DNA of 33,524 nucleotides from an uncultured Erysipelotrichaceae bacterium (GCA_964563265.1 CAZLWH010000003.1:1264-34787), one strand, 5' to 3'; counted from the stretch's first letter, positions 17,155 to 25,626 are shown. Notes: generated from the sequence alone by a model not told the origin. Made by a program: numbers and translations.

Positions 17155-17915
17155 ACGTTGACTATCAGAACTGGTATTCCTATCGATTGAGTCGTATGAT
17201 GGAGTTTAAAATGTATGGCCATGCGGGAAAACCGATCATTGTATTTCCTTCCTCAGGAGGCCGTTTCTACGAATTCGAAGACTTCAAGATGATCGAAGCG
17301 CTAAGCTGGTTCATCGATAACGGATTGATCCGGATCATTACCCCGGATTCGATCGATTCCGAGACCTGGCTCAATCATCATGGGGAAGCCTCCGACAGAG
17401 CCAAACATCACAATGCCTATGATGCCTACATCGTGGAAGAACTGATCCCTTTTCTGAACCAGACCTGGGATTATGACGGCAAATTCATGGTGACGGGCTG
17501 TTCGATGGGGGCCTATCACGCAGCCAACATCTTCTTCAGACATCCCGATGTCTTTGATTCGGTGATTGCCCTCAGCGGTGTCTATGACGTACGAATCCAT
17601 GTGGGGGAAAAGCTGGGTGATTTCGATGTTTATACGAATTCACCCGTGGATTATCTGAGAAACATGAGCGATCCCTATTACTTGGATCTCTACCGTCATA
17701 ACGACATCATCCTGGCTTGTGGTCAAGGTGACTATGAAGAGGAATCCCTCAAGGACACCCGCCATCTTCAAAAGATCCTCAGCGACAAAGGCATCGATGC
17801 CTGGGTCGATTATTGGGGTTCTGATGTTTCCCATGACTGGGTCTGGTGGAGAAAGATGTTGCCGTATTATCTGGGTTCTCTCAACGATCAAAACAGACTC
17901 AACGCGCTCCTATAG
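17151..17915 (+). CDS. Esterase family protein (alpha/beta hydrolase, putative-esterase type)
   Basis: 254 aa with nucleophile elbow GCSMGA and an HPDVF...ALSG pattern. An ATGA overlap couples it to the ATP-grasp gene. Confidence 0.75.
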   Translation: MNVDYQNWYSYRLSRMMEFKMYGHAGKPIIVFPSSGGRFYEFEDFKMIEALSWFIDNGLIRIITPDSIDSETWLNHHGEASDRAKHHNAYDAYIVEELIPFLNQTWDYDGKFMVTGCSMGAYHAANIFFRHPDVFDSVIALSGVYDVRIHVGEKLGDFDVYTNSPVDYLRNMSDPYYLDLYRHNDIILACGQGDYEEESLKDTRHLQKILSDKGIDAWVDYWGSDVSHDWVWWRKMLPYYLGSLNDQNRLNALL

Positions 17916-17926
17916 GCGCGTTTTTC
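17901..17926 (+). terminator. Intrinsic terminator overlapping the esterase stop codon
   Basis: AACGCGC (17901-17907), loop TCCTATAG, GCGCGTT (17916-17922), then TTT. Confidence 0.55.
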
Positions 17927-17950
17927 TTAATCTCAACTTACGTCATGAAG

Positions 17951-17959
17951 TGATACAAT
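17951..17959 (+). promoter_or_regulatory. Extended -10 element for the serpin gene
   Basis: TGATACAAT lies 19 nt before ATG 17978, with GGAGGA at 17966-17971. Confidence 0.4.
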
Positions 17960-17977
17960 GGCTTTGGAGGAAACATC

Positions 17978-19192
17978 ATGATCAAGAAACTCAGTGTGAT
18001 TTTTCTTAGTATGATCCTGATGAGTGCCTGTACGACCTCATCGATCACCAAACTCTCCGAAACTTCCGGTTCTTTGACCTATTCCCAGGCTGCCTCTTTG
18101 GATCCTGATCTGGTCAAATCGATCAATGGACTGGCTTTTCTACTTCAAGACAAATCGTCCGATAAGAATCAGTTCATCTCATCCCTTAGTATTTACCTTG
18201 CCTTGGCGATGACCGCTCACGGGTCTGCCAATACAAGTTATGATCAGTTTATGGCGTTACTGAATCCGCAAGGACTCAGCGAAGCAGACTGGCTCAATCA
18301 GCTCAAAGTCCTTCAAGGCAATCTCAACGCGACAGAAAAAGTCAAGATCGCATTATCCAATTCACTGTGGATCAGAGCGTCGTTCTCTGATCAGGTCAAA
18401 GCGGATTTTTTAAGCCGAAACAAAGACTATTTTGGGGCCATGATCGCCACGGCGGATTTCGATAAAGCCCAGGCCGTTGAAGACATCAATGCTTGGGTCA
18501 AAAAGAACACCAATGGGATGATCGATAAAGTCATCGACGGGATCGATCCTTCGACCATCCTGTTTCTGATCAACACGATCTATTTCAAAGGCAGCTGGCT
18601 TTCTCCGTTTGAAGCCGAAGACACAAAGGATCGCGTCTTTTATGGATTGACCGATAAGACGGTCAAATTCATGAGCCAGATCGGATCTTTCAAATATGCG
18701 GAAAATAATGATTATCAGGCTGTATTGATGCCGTATGAAGGCAATACGACAGGCATGCTGATCGTTATGGGAAAAAACAACCCTGTTCAACTGGATTCCG
18801 ATGGTGCCTTCCAAAACGTTATGGCAGCCTTACAAAGCGCCAGTGTCAACGTGGTCATGCCGAAAGTCGACATCGCAAGCTCCATGGTCCTCAATGATAA
18901 GTTAAGTGCCTTGGGATTAAAGGATCCGTTTATCTCAGGGCTAGCCGATTTCTCAAGGCTCTCTGAAACAGACCTCTTCATCAGTAAGGTCCTGCATAAG
19001 ACCCATCTTAAGATCGATGAAAAGGGCACGGAAGCCGCTGCAGCTACCACCGTCATCATCGATGTAACCTCAATGCCGACCTATGATCATGAGATGATCA
19101 TCGATCATCCGTTTCAGGTCTATATCGTCGATCTGGAAAATAACCTGATCCTGTTCAGCGGGTTATTGACTGATGTTTCAGCTTCTGAATAA
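17978..19192 (+). CDS. Serpin family protease inhibitor, predicted lipoprotein
   Basis: 404 aa. It has a signal peptide with a lipobox-like LMSAC and serpin core blocks (NTIYFKGSW, FMALL...). A canonical hinge EKGTEAAAATT lies at 19019-19051, followed by the ...DHPF shutter end. Confidence 0.9.
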   Translation: MIKKLSVIFLSMILMSACTTSSITKLSETSGSLTYSQAASLDPDLVKSINGLAFLLQDKSSDKNQFISSLSIYLALAMTAHGSANTSYDQFMALLNPQGLSEADWLNQLKVLQGNLNATEKVKIALSNSLWIRASFSDQVKADFLSRNKDYFGAMIATADFDKAQAVEDINAWVKKNTNGMIDKVIDGIDPSTILFLINTIYFKGSWLSPFEAEDTKDRVFYGLTDKTVKFMSQIGSFKYAENNDYQAVLMPYEGNTTGMLIVMGKNNPVQLDSDGAFQNVMAALQSASVNVVMPKVDIASSMVLNDKLSALGLKDPFISGLADFSRLSETDLFISKVLHKTHLKIDEKGTEAAAATTVIIDVTSMPTYDHEMIIDHPFQVYIVDLENNLILFSGLLTDVSASE

Positions 19193-19196
19193 ACTT

Positions 19197-19222
19197 AAGT
19201 TCCGCTCAGGCGGAACTTTTTT
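19197..19222 (+). terminator. Intrinsic terminator after the serpin gene
   Basis: AAGTTCCGC-TCAG-GCGGAACTT followed by TTTT. Confidence 0.75.
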
Positions 19223-19261
19223 ATCCTTAAAACCATCGGCTTAGGTTTATAATAAGTGAGT

Positions 19262-19825
19262 ATGAAAAAACCAATCTCACTCACAGATTTATTTTGGACC
19301 TTCTTCAAGATCAATATGGTCACGTTCGGTGGCGGTTTCGTCATCATGCCGATCATCAAGAAGGACTTTGTCGATAAGAAAAAGATCCTGGAAGAACAGG
19401 ATATGATCGACTTGATTGCCTTGGCTCAATCGATCCCCGGCGCCATGGCCATCAACACCTCGATGTTGGTGGGACACCGTCTGCGCGGATTAAAGGGCGC
19501 CATCATCTCCATGATCGGGGCTTCATTACCGCCCTTACTGGTCATCTCGATCGTTTCTTTTTTCTATGAAGCGTTTCAGACCAATCCTTATATCTTGGCA
19601 TTGTTACGAGGCATGCGCGGCGCGGTAACAGCGGTCATGATCGTAGCAGCAATTTCGATGATGAAAGGGGTCTTGAAACACGACAAGCCTTTTGCGATCG
19701 TCATGATGATCGGCTCATTCCTGGTGGCTTACTGGACCAACATCTCCGTCGGATATGTCATGCTGGTGGCAGCTTTGATCGGATATCTGTATTTTACTTA
19801 CTTGAATAAGAAGGTGAACGCATGA
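19262..19825 (+). CDS. Chromate transporter (CHR family, short-chain, first half)
   Basis: FFKINMVTFGGGFVIMP is the CHR signature. The start is ATG 19262; the track uses GTG 19256. It is paired by a 4-nt overlap with the second half-gene. Confidence 0.8.
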   Translation: MKKPISLTDLFWTFFKINMVTFGGGFVIMPIIKKDFVDKKKILEEQDMIDLIALAQSIPGAMAINTSMLVGHRLRGLKGAIISMIGASLPPLLVISIVSFFYEAFQTNPYILALLRGMRGAVTAVMIVAAISMMKGVLKHDKPFAIVMMIGSFLVAYWTNISVGYVMLVAALIGYLYFTYLNKKVNA

Positions 19826-20388
19826 ACAGCATCCTTGAACTCTTCATCGCGTTTTTGATCATCGGGATCTCTGCTTTTGGCGGGGGCTATGCGGTCATGC
19901 CTTTGATTCAGCATTATATCGTGGATGTGCACCATTGGATCACCATGTTGGAACTGGTCGACATCACCTCGATTTCGCAGATGACCCCGGGTCCCATCAT
20001 GATCAATGCTGCGACCTTTGTCGGAATCAAAGTGGCCGGAATCTTTGGTGGTGTTGTCGCTACGTTCGGCTCGGTCTTGCCTTCGTTTATCCTGGTCGTC
20101 ATCCTGGCCATGATCTTTGAACGCCACGGTAAACTGGACTTCATTCAAAACATCATGAAAGGGCTTCGTCCGACCATCGTCGGTTTGATCTTTCTGGCTG
20201 CGTTTACTTTGGTCTCAGCATCGCTTTTCAATGATCAGCTGCCTTGGATCTCCAATCAGATCGATTGGGTCGCTGTCATTGCGTTTGTTGGGGTCTTGGT
20301 CTTATCGATCAAAACCAAGTTGGATACCGTGGCCTTGGTTGGTATTGGCGGTCTAATTGGTCTTATTCTCATGTTTTTCCCGATTTAG
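19822..20388 (+). CDS. Chromate transporter (CHR family, short-chain, second half)
   Basis: GISAFGGGYAVMPLIQ is the CHR signature. The protein is 188 aa and polytopic. Confidence 0.8.
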   Translation: MNSILELFIAFLIIGISAFGGGYAVMPLIQHYIVDVHHWITMLELVDITSISQMTPGPIMINAATFVGIKVAGIFGGVVATFGSVLPSFILVVILAMIFERHGKLDFIQNIMKGLRPTIVGLIFLAAFTLVSASLFNDQLPWISNQIDWVAVIAFVGVLVLSIKTKLDTVALVGIGGLIGLILMFFPI

Positions 20389-20416
20389 TTGCAGAATGTC
20401 AGGATTAGTTTACAAT
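20389..20416 (+). promoter_or_regulatory. Sigma-A type promoter for asnA
   Basis: TTGCAG at 20389-20394, a 16-nt spacer, TACAAT at 20411-20416. Confidence 0.4.
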
Positions 20417-20441
20417 ATTGCCAATACCCTGGAGGTACATT

Positions 20442-21452
20442 ATGTTTCAACTTCAAATCCCGCAAAACTATGATCATCCCTTGGACATTCGGGAAACCGA
20501 GATCGCCATCAAGTTCATCAAGGATTTCTTTGAACATGATCTCTCCAAACAACTGAATCTGACCCGTGTTTCGGCACCGCTGTTCGTCAGACGCAATACC
20601 GGACTCAATGATGACCTCAACGGTATCGAAAGACCAGTGGCTTTTGAAGTCAGGTCGCTCGATGATCATGTGGTCGAAGTCGTGCATTCTTTGGCCAAAT
20701 GGAAAAGAATGGCCTTGAAGCGTTATGGCTTCAAGATCGGTGAAGGTCTTTATACCGATATGAATGCGATCCGTCGCGATGAAGAAACTGATAATCTCCA
20801 TTCGATCTATGTGGATCAATGGGACTGGGAGAAAAACATCGCCCAGTCCGATCGGACGATCGACACCCTGATCATCACCGTCAAGCACATCTATGACGTC
20901 ATGAAAGATACCGAAATCGCAATCTATCAGCGCTATCCGATGCTGAAACCGATCCTGCCTCAAGAGATCTATTTTATTTCGACTCAGGAATTGGAAGACC
21001 GCTGGCCTGATAAGACCCCCAAAGAACGCGAAGATGCGATCTGTTTTGAAAAGAAAGCCGTCTTCATCATGCAGATCGGCGATCTCTTAAAATCGGGCAT
21101 CAAACATGACGGAAGGGCCCCTGACTATGATGACTGGAGCCTCAACGGAGACATCGTCGTATATAACCCGATCTTGGATCGTTCCTTCGAACTCTCTTCG
21201 ATGGGCATCCGTGTTGATGAGAAATCTTTGGATGAACAACTAACCAAAGCCAAAGCGGATAACCGCCGAAGCTTTCCCTTTCATAAAGATCTGTTGGAAG
21301 GCAGATTGCCGTATTCGATGGGTGGCGGTATCGGCCAATCCCGTCTCTGTATGTTTTTCCTTAAGAAGGCCCACATCGGCGAAGTTCAGGCTTCGGTCTG
21401 GTCCGATGAGTTGGATGAGGCTTGCAGTAAAGCCAAGATCAAACTGTTATAG
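20442..21452 (+). CDS. asnA: Aspartate--ammonia ligase (asparagine synthetase A)
   Basis: 336 aa from ATG 20442 after GGAGG. It shows a full-length AsnA pattern ([13 protein letters not shown]..., [25 protein letters not shown]). The 8-codon tracked extension is rejected. Confidence 0.9.
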   Translation: MFQLQIPQNYDHPLDIRETEIAIKFIKDFFEHDLSKQLNLTRVSAPLFVRRNTGLNDDLNGIERPVAFEVRSLDDHVVEVVHSLAKWKRMALKRYGFKIGEGLYTDMNAIRRDEETDNLHSIYVDQWDWEKNIAQSDRTIDTLIITVKHIYDVMKDTEIAIYQRYPMLKPILPQEIYFISTQELEDRWPDKTPKEREDAICFEKKAVFIMQIGDLLKSGIKHDGRAPDYDDWSLNGDIVVYNPILDRSFELSSMGIRVDEKSLDEQLTKAKADNRRSFPFHKDLLEGRLPYSMGGGIGQSRLCMFFLKKAHIGEVQASVWSDELDEACSKAKIKLL

Positions 21453-21454
21453 TC

Positions 21455-21814
21455 ATGCCTAAGAAATTGGGCTCCGTTTTACTCACCCTTTTCCTGATTT
21501 TGGTCATTGGATATATTGTCTTGGCGATCGTACAGACCGTGATCGATCAGATCCAAGCCAAAGACTGGATCGGAATGTATTCCTTAGCCATCATCATCCT
21601 GTTTGGCGGAGCGAGACAGTTTCCTGCGTTCAAAAAAGACAAAGCCGGAAAATGGTTGGTATGGCTGTTTCTGTTGGGGGCCTTGTTTGTGGGACAGCTG
21701 ATCAAGTATATCCTTCTAAACATCCTGACTGGAATCCTGTTTTATACCGTTGCGATCGTGGGTGTCATCGTGGTTTATTTCCTGAAAATCAGAAGTATCA
21801 AATCAATCAAATAA
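21455..21814 (+). CDS. Hypothetical membrane protein (119 aa, four hydrophobic segments)
   Basis: ATG lies 2 nt after the asnA stop. No family is recognised. Confidence 0.5.
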   Translation: MPKKLGSVLLTLFLILVIGYIVLAIVQTVIDQIQAKDWIGMYSLAIIILFGGARQFPAFKKDKAGKWLVWLFLLGALFVGQLIKYILLNILTGILFYTVAIVGVIVVYFLKIRSIKSIK

Positions 21815-21816
21815 CT

Positions 21817-21845
21817 AAAACAAGACCTCCGTCTTGTTTTTTTTT
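21817..21845 (+). terminator. Intrinsic terminator
   Basis: AAAACAAGAC-CTCC-GTCTTGTTTT followed by a T-run. Confidence 0.75.
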
Positions 21846-21852
21846 GTATAAT
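21845..21852 (+). promoter_or_regulatory. Extended -10 element giving a ~145-nt leader for the GGDEF gene
   Basis: TGTATAAT immediately after the terminator T-run. The next start codon with an RBS (AAGGAG) is at 22003. Confidence 0.4.
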
Positions 21853-22002
21853 AAACTCAGAAGATCAAGATATGTAAGCAAACATGCCTGCTCAAGCCAA
21901 GTAAAACGTCATTATTGAACAATGTTAATGAATGGGAGAGTATGGTTCCATTCAGTTTAGAAGTTTCTTCTATTCTGTGACATCCGTCATTTAAGGAGAT
22001 CG

Positions 22003-23685
22003 ATGAAACGATTGCACGTCTACGCCTTCCTCATCGGAACCTTGCTGGTCATCAGTGTGCTTTTTCAAGCGGTTTCTTATACGGACTTGATTGAGCTTCA
22101 AGCCCAATCCGGAAAGATCACCCTTAATGATTTAAGAACCGATGATGTGTATGCCTTAAAAGGATCTTGGGAATACTTCGCTGATCAGCTTGCTGATGAA
22201 ATTAATGACGATACTTCAACTCGGTTTGTACAAATCGAACACTTCTGGGAAAAAGGAGAAACTGGGTATGCGTTTGGAGTTGCCAGCTATCGACTGACAC
22301 TGTCTGGTTTGGATCCTCAAAAAGACTATGGGATCTATATCAGAGACCAAGCCAGTTCCTATCGGCTCAGTGTCAATGGAAAAACGGTCGTGACCAACGG
22401 AATGGTTTCCGAAATCAAAGCTGGTTATCAACCCGACATGAAGGTGATGACGGCCATATTCAGACCCGATCAACAAGGTAAAGTCGTGTTTATCATGGAA
22501 ATCGCCAACCATGACCGTTGGATCGGCGGATTCTGGAGTCCCGTCATTATCGGATCCACCTCATCGATCCAATCCTACTACACAAACATTGTGGCTGTCG
22601 AAATCTTTTTGTTGGCAACCATGTTGAGTCTGGGCCTGTTCTTTTTACTGATGTCTTCGATCGACAGTGAGAAACGATCATTGTATATGTCGATCTTCAG
22701 TTTATCGGTTGCCTTTAGAATCTTGTCGACCGGAATGCATTTCAACCAGGTTCTTTTCCCGTCCCTCTCTTTCATGATGGTCGTTCGGATGGAATACCTG
22801 AGCGGGTATCTCTTACTGCCCATCGCTGCCTTACTGATTGACTCTTTCCATTTTGCCCAACCGATCAAAGGTCTTAAAAAAATCCTCTCCGGGATCGTTG
22901 TATCCATGATCCTCTTCACAGCCTTTGCTTCGGATCAATATCTCGAAATATCCTTTTACTGGTTTGAAGGCCTCGTTGTTCTCTTCATCATCTACTTGCT
23001 GTGGCTTTTGTTCAACGGATTAAGAAATAAAGTCGAAGGCATCAAAGCCGTCATCATCGGTATATTATTTCTGATTTTAGGAACGATCTTAGAACTCTTT
23101 TTCCCAGCGATCCATTTTGGATTGTATTTGTGTTCCATCATGTTTGTCTTGCTGGTCGCTGTGAGTGTCATGGTGCGTTTTGCGGCCATTTCCACAAGAA
23201 AAGAAAGCCTGGAAACAGAAGTACTGACGGATCATCTGACCGGTGTCGGCAATCGTGCCAGCCTCTTTAAGGAACTGGTTGCGGCTAAATCGATCACCAC
23301 GGATCAGCAGCGTTATATCTTATTTATCGATCTCAATAAATTCAAATCGATCAATGATACTTACGGTCATGAGGTGGGCGACGCAGTCTTGGTGGAAACC
23401 GCCAGACGGCTTAAACGAAGCACGCGTTCCAGTGATTTGATCTTCCGATACGGCGGGGATGAATTTGTCATCCTGGCTGAAATCACGGTCTCGTTTTCAA
23501 TCGAAAAAGTCATCGATCGTATCCGGGCCAATTTTGAGACGCCCTTCAGTATCCGGGATCTGGATCTGACCATCACCTTGGCCATCGGTTATGAGTTGTG
23601 CGATCCAACCATCAAGTCACCGGATGAACTTCTTAAGAGAAGCGATCTCAAGATGTATGAAAACAAACGCAAAATGGACCAGTAA
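22003..23685 (+). CDS. Sensor diguanylate cyclase (7TMR-DISM-type extracytoplasmic domain, 7 TM helices, GGDEF domain)
   Basis: 560 aa. An N-terminal signal/anchor precedes a ~170-aa external domain and about seven helices. The GGDEF domain has GGDEF at 23452-23466 and an RxxD I-site (RSSD, 23425-23436) five residues upstream. Confidence 0.9.
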   Translation: MKRLHVYAFLIGTLLVISVLFQAVSYTDLIELQAQSGKITLNDLRTDDVYALKGSWEYFADQLADEINDDTSTRFVQIEHFWEKGETGYAFGVASYRLTLSGLDPQKDYGIYIRDQASSYRLSVNGKTVVTNGMVSEIKAGYQPDMKVMTAIFRPDQQGKVVFIMEIANHDRWIGGFWSPVIIGSTSSIQSYYTNIVAVEIFLLATMLSLGLFFLLMSSIDSEKRSLYMSIFSLSVAFRILSTGMHFNQVLFPSLSFMMVVRMEYLSGYLLLPIAALLIDSFHFAQPIKGLKKILSGIVVSMILFTAFASDQYLEISFYWFEGLVVLFIIYLLWLLFNGLRNKVEGIKAVIIGILFLILGTILELFFPAIHFGLYLCSIMFVLLVAVSVMVRFAAISTRKESLETEVLTDHLTGVGNRASLFKELVAAKSITTDQQRYILFIDLNKFKSINDTYGHEVGDAVLVETARRLKRSTRSSDLIFRYGGDEFVILAEITVSFSIEKVIDRIRANFETPFSIRDLDLTITLAIGYELCDPTIKSPDELLKRSDLKMYENKRKMDQ

Positions 23686-23706
23686 AAAGAGCCGCAAGGC
23701 TCTTTT
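23686..23706. terminator. Bidirectional intrinsic terminator shared by the cyclase gene and the filament-like operon
   Basis: AAAGAGCC-GCAA-GGCTCTTT with A/T flanks. Confidence 0.75.
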
Positions 23707-23708
23707 GA

Positions 23709-24770
23709 TTATTCGGTGATTCTTTTCTTGACCAGATTGGGATCGAAACTGTGATCCAGGGCTTCCTGGATTTCGATCTTTCCGGATTTGGCCAGTTGGA
23801 CCAGCATCGCATCCATTGAGATCATGCCTTCATTGACGGATGAGGAGATGGCATTCATCAGCTGATGGGTTTTGCCTTCGCGGATCAGGTTTTTAACGGC
23901 CGGGGTCGAATTCATGACTTCAAAGACAGGAATAAGCTTGCCTTCTTTGTCGGTGATGAGCTGTTGGGAGATGACGGCCTGTAAGACCATGGATAATTGG
24001 ACACGGATCTGTTGCTGCTGAGCGGGCGGGAAGACATCGATGATGCGGTCGACCGTATTGGCGGCCCCTAAGGTATGCAGGGTCGAGAAGACGAGATGTC
24101 CGGTCTCTGCGGCCGTAATGGCCAGGGAAATCGTATCCAGATCACGCATTTCACCCACAAACAACACGTCCGGGGCCTGGCGAAGCGCCGCCTTCAGCGC
24201 TGTGGTCGTGGAAGCACAATCGGTACCGATTTCCCGTTGGGAAACGACCGACTGGTTGTGGCTGTGTAAAAATTCGATGGGATCTTCAATCGTGACGATG
24301 TGGGCTTGACGGGTCTTGTTGATGGTATCGATCAGGGTGGCTACCGTGGATGATTTTCCGCTTCCTGCAGGGCCGCTGATGATGACCAAACCTTTTCGGA
24401 TCAAGGCAAAATTGAGGATGTCCTGGGGAATATGCAGATCTTCTGCCTTGGGGATCTCGAATTTAACGATCCGAAGCACCGCAGCCAAAGATCCGCGCTG
24501 TCTGAACACATTGACTCTGAAACGGGCCAAATGGGCGATCGCAAACGAGAAGTCATCATCGCCTTGACTATGCAAGATCGTCTTATTGTCGCGTTTAGCC
24601 AGGATATAGATCTCATTGATCAGCATTTCTGTCGTCGACGGCATGGCTTTATCACTCGATAAAGGCATCAGTCTGTTGTTGACTTTGATTTCGACCGGAC
24701 ACCCCGCGACGATGAAGATGTCGGAAGCTTTTTCCGCAATGGCGGTTTGAATGATGTCTTGTATGTTCAT
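23709..24770 (-). CDS. pilT: PilT-family hexameric ATPase (type IV pilus retraction-ATPase type)
   Basis: 353 aa. It shows ASDIFIVAG...IKVNNRL, Walker A GPAGSGKSS, Walker B DVLFVGEMRD, His box GHLVFSTLHT, and AVKNLIRE matching the PilT AIRNLIRE signature. Confidence 0.9.
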   Translation of the reverse strand: MNIQDIIQTAIAEKASDIFIVAGCPVEIKVNNRLMPLSSDKAMPSTTEMLINEIYILAKRDNKTILHSQGDDDFSFAIAHLARFRVNVFRQRGSLAAVLRIVKFEIPKAEDLHIPQDILNFALIRKGLVIISGPAGSGKSSTVATLIDTINKTRQAHIVTIEDPIEFLHSHNQSVVSQREIGTDCASTTTALKAALRQAPDVLFVGEMRDLDTISLAITAAETGHLVFSTLHTLGAANTVDRIIDVFPPAQQQQIRVQLSMVLQAVISQQLITDKEGKLIPVFEVMNSTPAVKNLIREGKTHQLMNAISSSVNEGMISMDAMLVQLAKSGKIEIQEALDHSFDPNLVKKRITE

Positions 24771-25237
24771 TAAGGACCTTTCCAGATCGGATCCCCGTCT
24801 TGGGTATAATCCTGATCGTTTTGAACTGAGAGGGTTTGACTGAGGATACTGAAATCCTGAGTCGTATGTTTGAGACTGAGAGACACGGTGACTGTGACCG
24901 TATAGATGCCTGAGCTTTTAAAATAGGTGAAGGTGTTGCCGCTCCACACGAAATCAGGATGGGCGAACTTGAAGGCGTTGATCGCTTGGGTCATGTTGGC
25001 GCCAATCGGGACAAAGGAATAGATATCATACTCCTGAGTCAGCTGATCAAAATACTCCAAGGCCAAGTATTCTGCCTCATAACTGCCTTCAATAAGATCC
25101 ACACTGCGCAACAGTGCTTTGTGTTCCGCATTGGCACTGAGTAACGATAAGCTCGAAAAACCCAAGACACTTAAGACAATCAAGACAGTCAGGATGGTCG
25201 GAAGACCAAAGACACTGTTGAGGGAGCCTTTTCTCAT
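24770..25237 (-). CDS. Small membrane-anchored protein, possible minor-pilin/ComGG-like (155 aa)
   Basis: MRKGSLNSVFGLPTILTVLIVLSVLGFSSL then a soluble beta-rich part. It has no G-FTLxE motif. TAATG links it to pilT and ATGA to the upstream gene. Confidence 0.55.
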   Translation of the reverse strand: MRKGSLNSVFGLPTILTVLIVLSVLGFSSLSLLSANAEHKALLRSVDLIEGSYEAEYLALEYFDQLTQEYDIYSFVPIGANMTQAINAFKFAHPDFVWSGNTFTYFKSSGIYTVTVTVSLSLKHTTQDFSILSQTLSVQNDQDYTQDGDPIWKGP

Positions 25238-25626
25238 GGTTTGGACCTGGAAAGCGCATTGACTTTCAGGCTAAGCAGGACAGTTCCGTTTGAATCCGTT
25301 AAGATAAGTTCGGCTTTATTGAGGCTCAGGCGGGTATCATAGTGGATCGTCAGGGTATAGGTGTCGTTTTGCGAGATCTCGCCTTTGGAATCATAGGTCG
25401 TGGTCACCGTCTGACGTACACCTTCATAAGGCCACTGTGTGGTCGGATTGCGCAAAGTCTCTGCCGTCATGACCATCTCCGCTGACAGTTTGCGGACGGC
25501 TTGAGTCTGTGAGTGCAGCTGTGCCGCATTGGTAAACATCGATAAGGCCACCAGTAAGGTCACAGTCAGAATGATCAGACTCAAGATAAATTCAAGGAAG
25601 AAGAAATGGAGCTGTTTGTTTTTCAT
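25234..25626 (-). CDS. Small membrane-anchored protein with degenerate pilin-like N-terminus (130 aa)
   Basis: MKNKQLHFFFLEFILSLIILTVTLLVA has a Glu early in the helix but no Gly at -1. ATGA overlaps occur on both sides. Confidence 0.55.
   Translation of the reverse strand: MKNKQLHFFFLEFILSLIILTVTLLVALSMFTNAAQLHSQTQAVRKLSAEMVMTAETLRNPTTQWPYEGVRQTVTTTYDSKGEISQNDTYTLTIHYDTRLSLNKAELILTDSNGTVLLSLKVNALSRSKP

Noticed and set aside
20385-20963. 192-aa ORF on the minus strand opposite asnA.
   Set aside because: It lies entirely antisense to a full-length, motif-rich AsnA gene. It has no RBS and a low-complexity, D/I/H/F-rich composition typical of the shadow frame created by GAT/ATC-rich coding sequence.
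21853-22002. Possible c-di-GMP (GEMM-type) riboswitch in the cyclase leader.
   Set aside because: I could not find the conserved GGCAAACC or ACGCAAAGC-type elements or the two-hairpin architecture I remember. The only similarity is a GCAAAC string.
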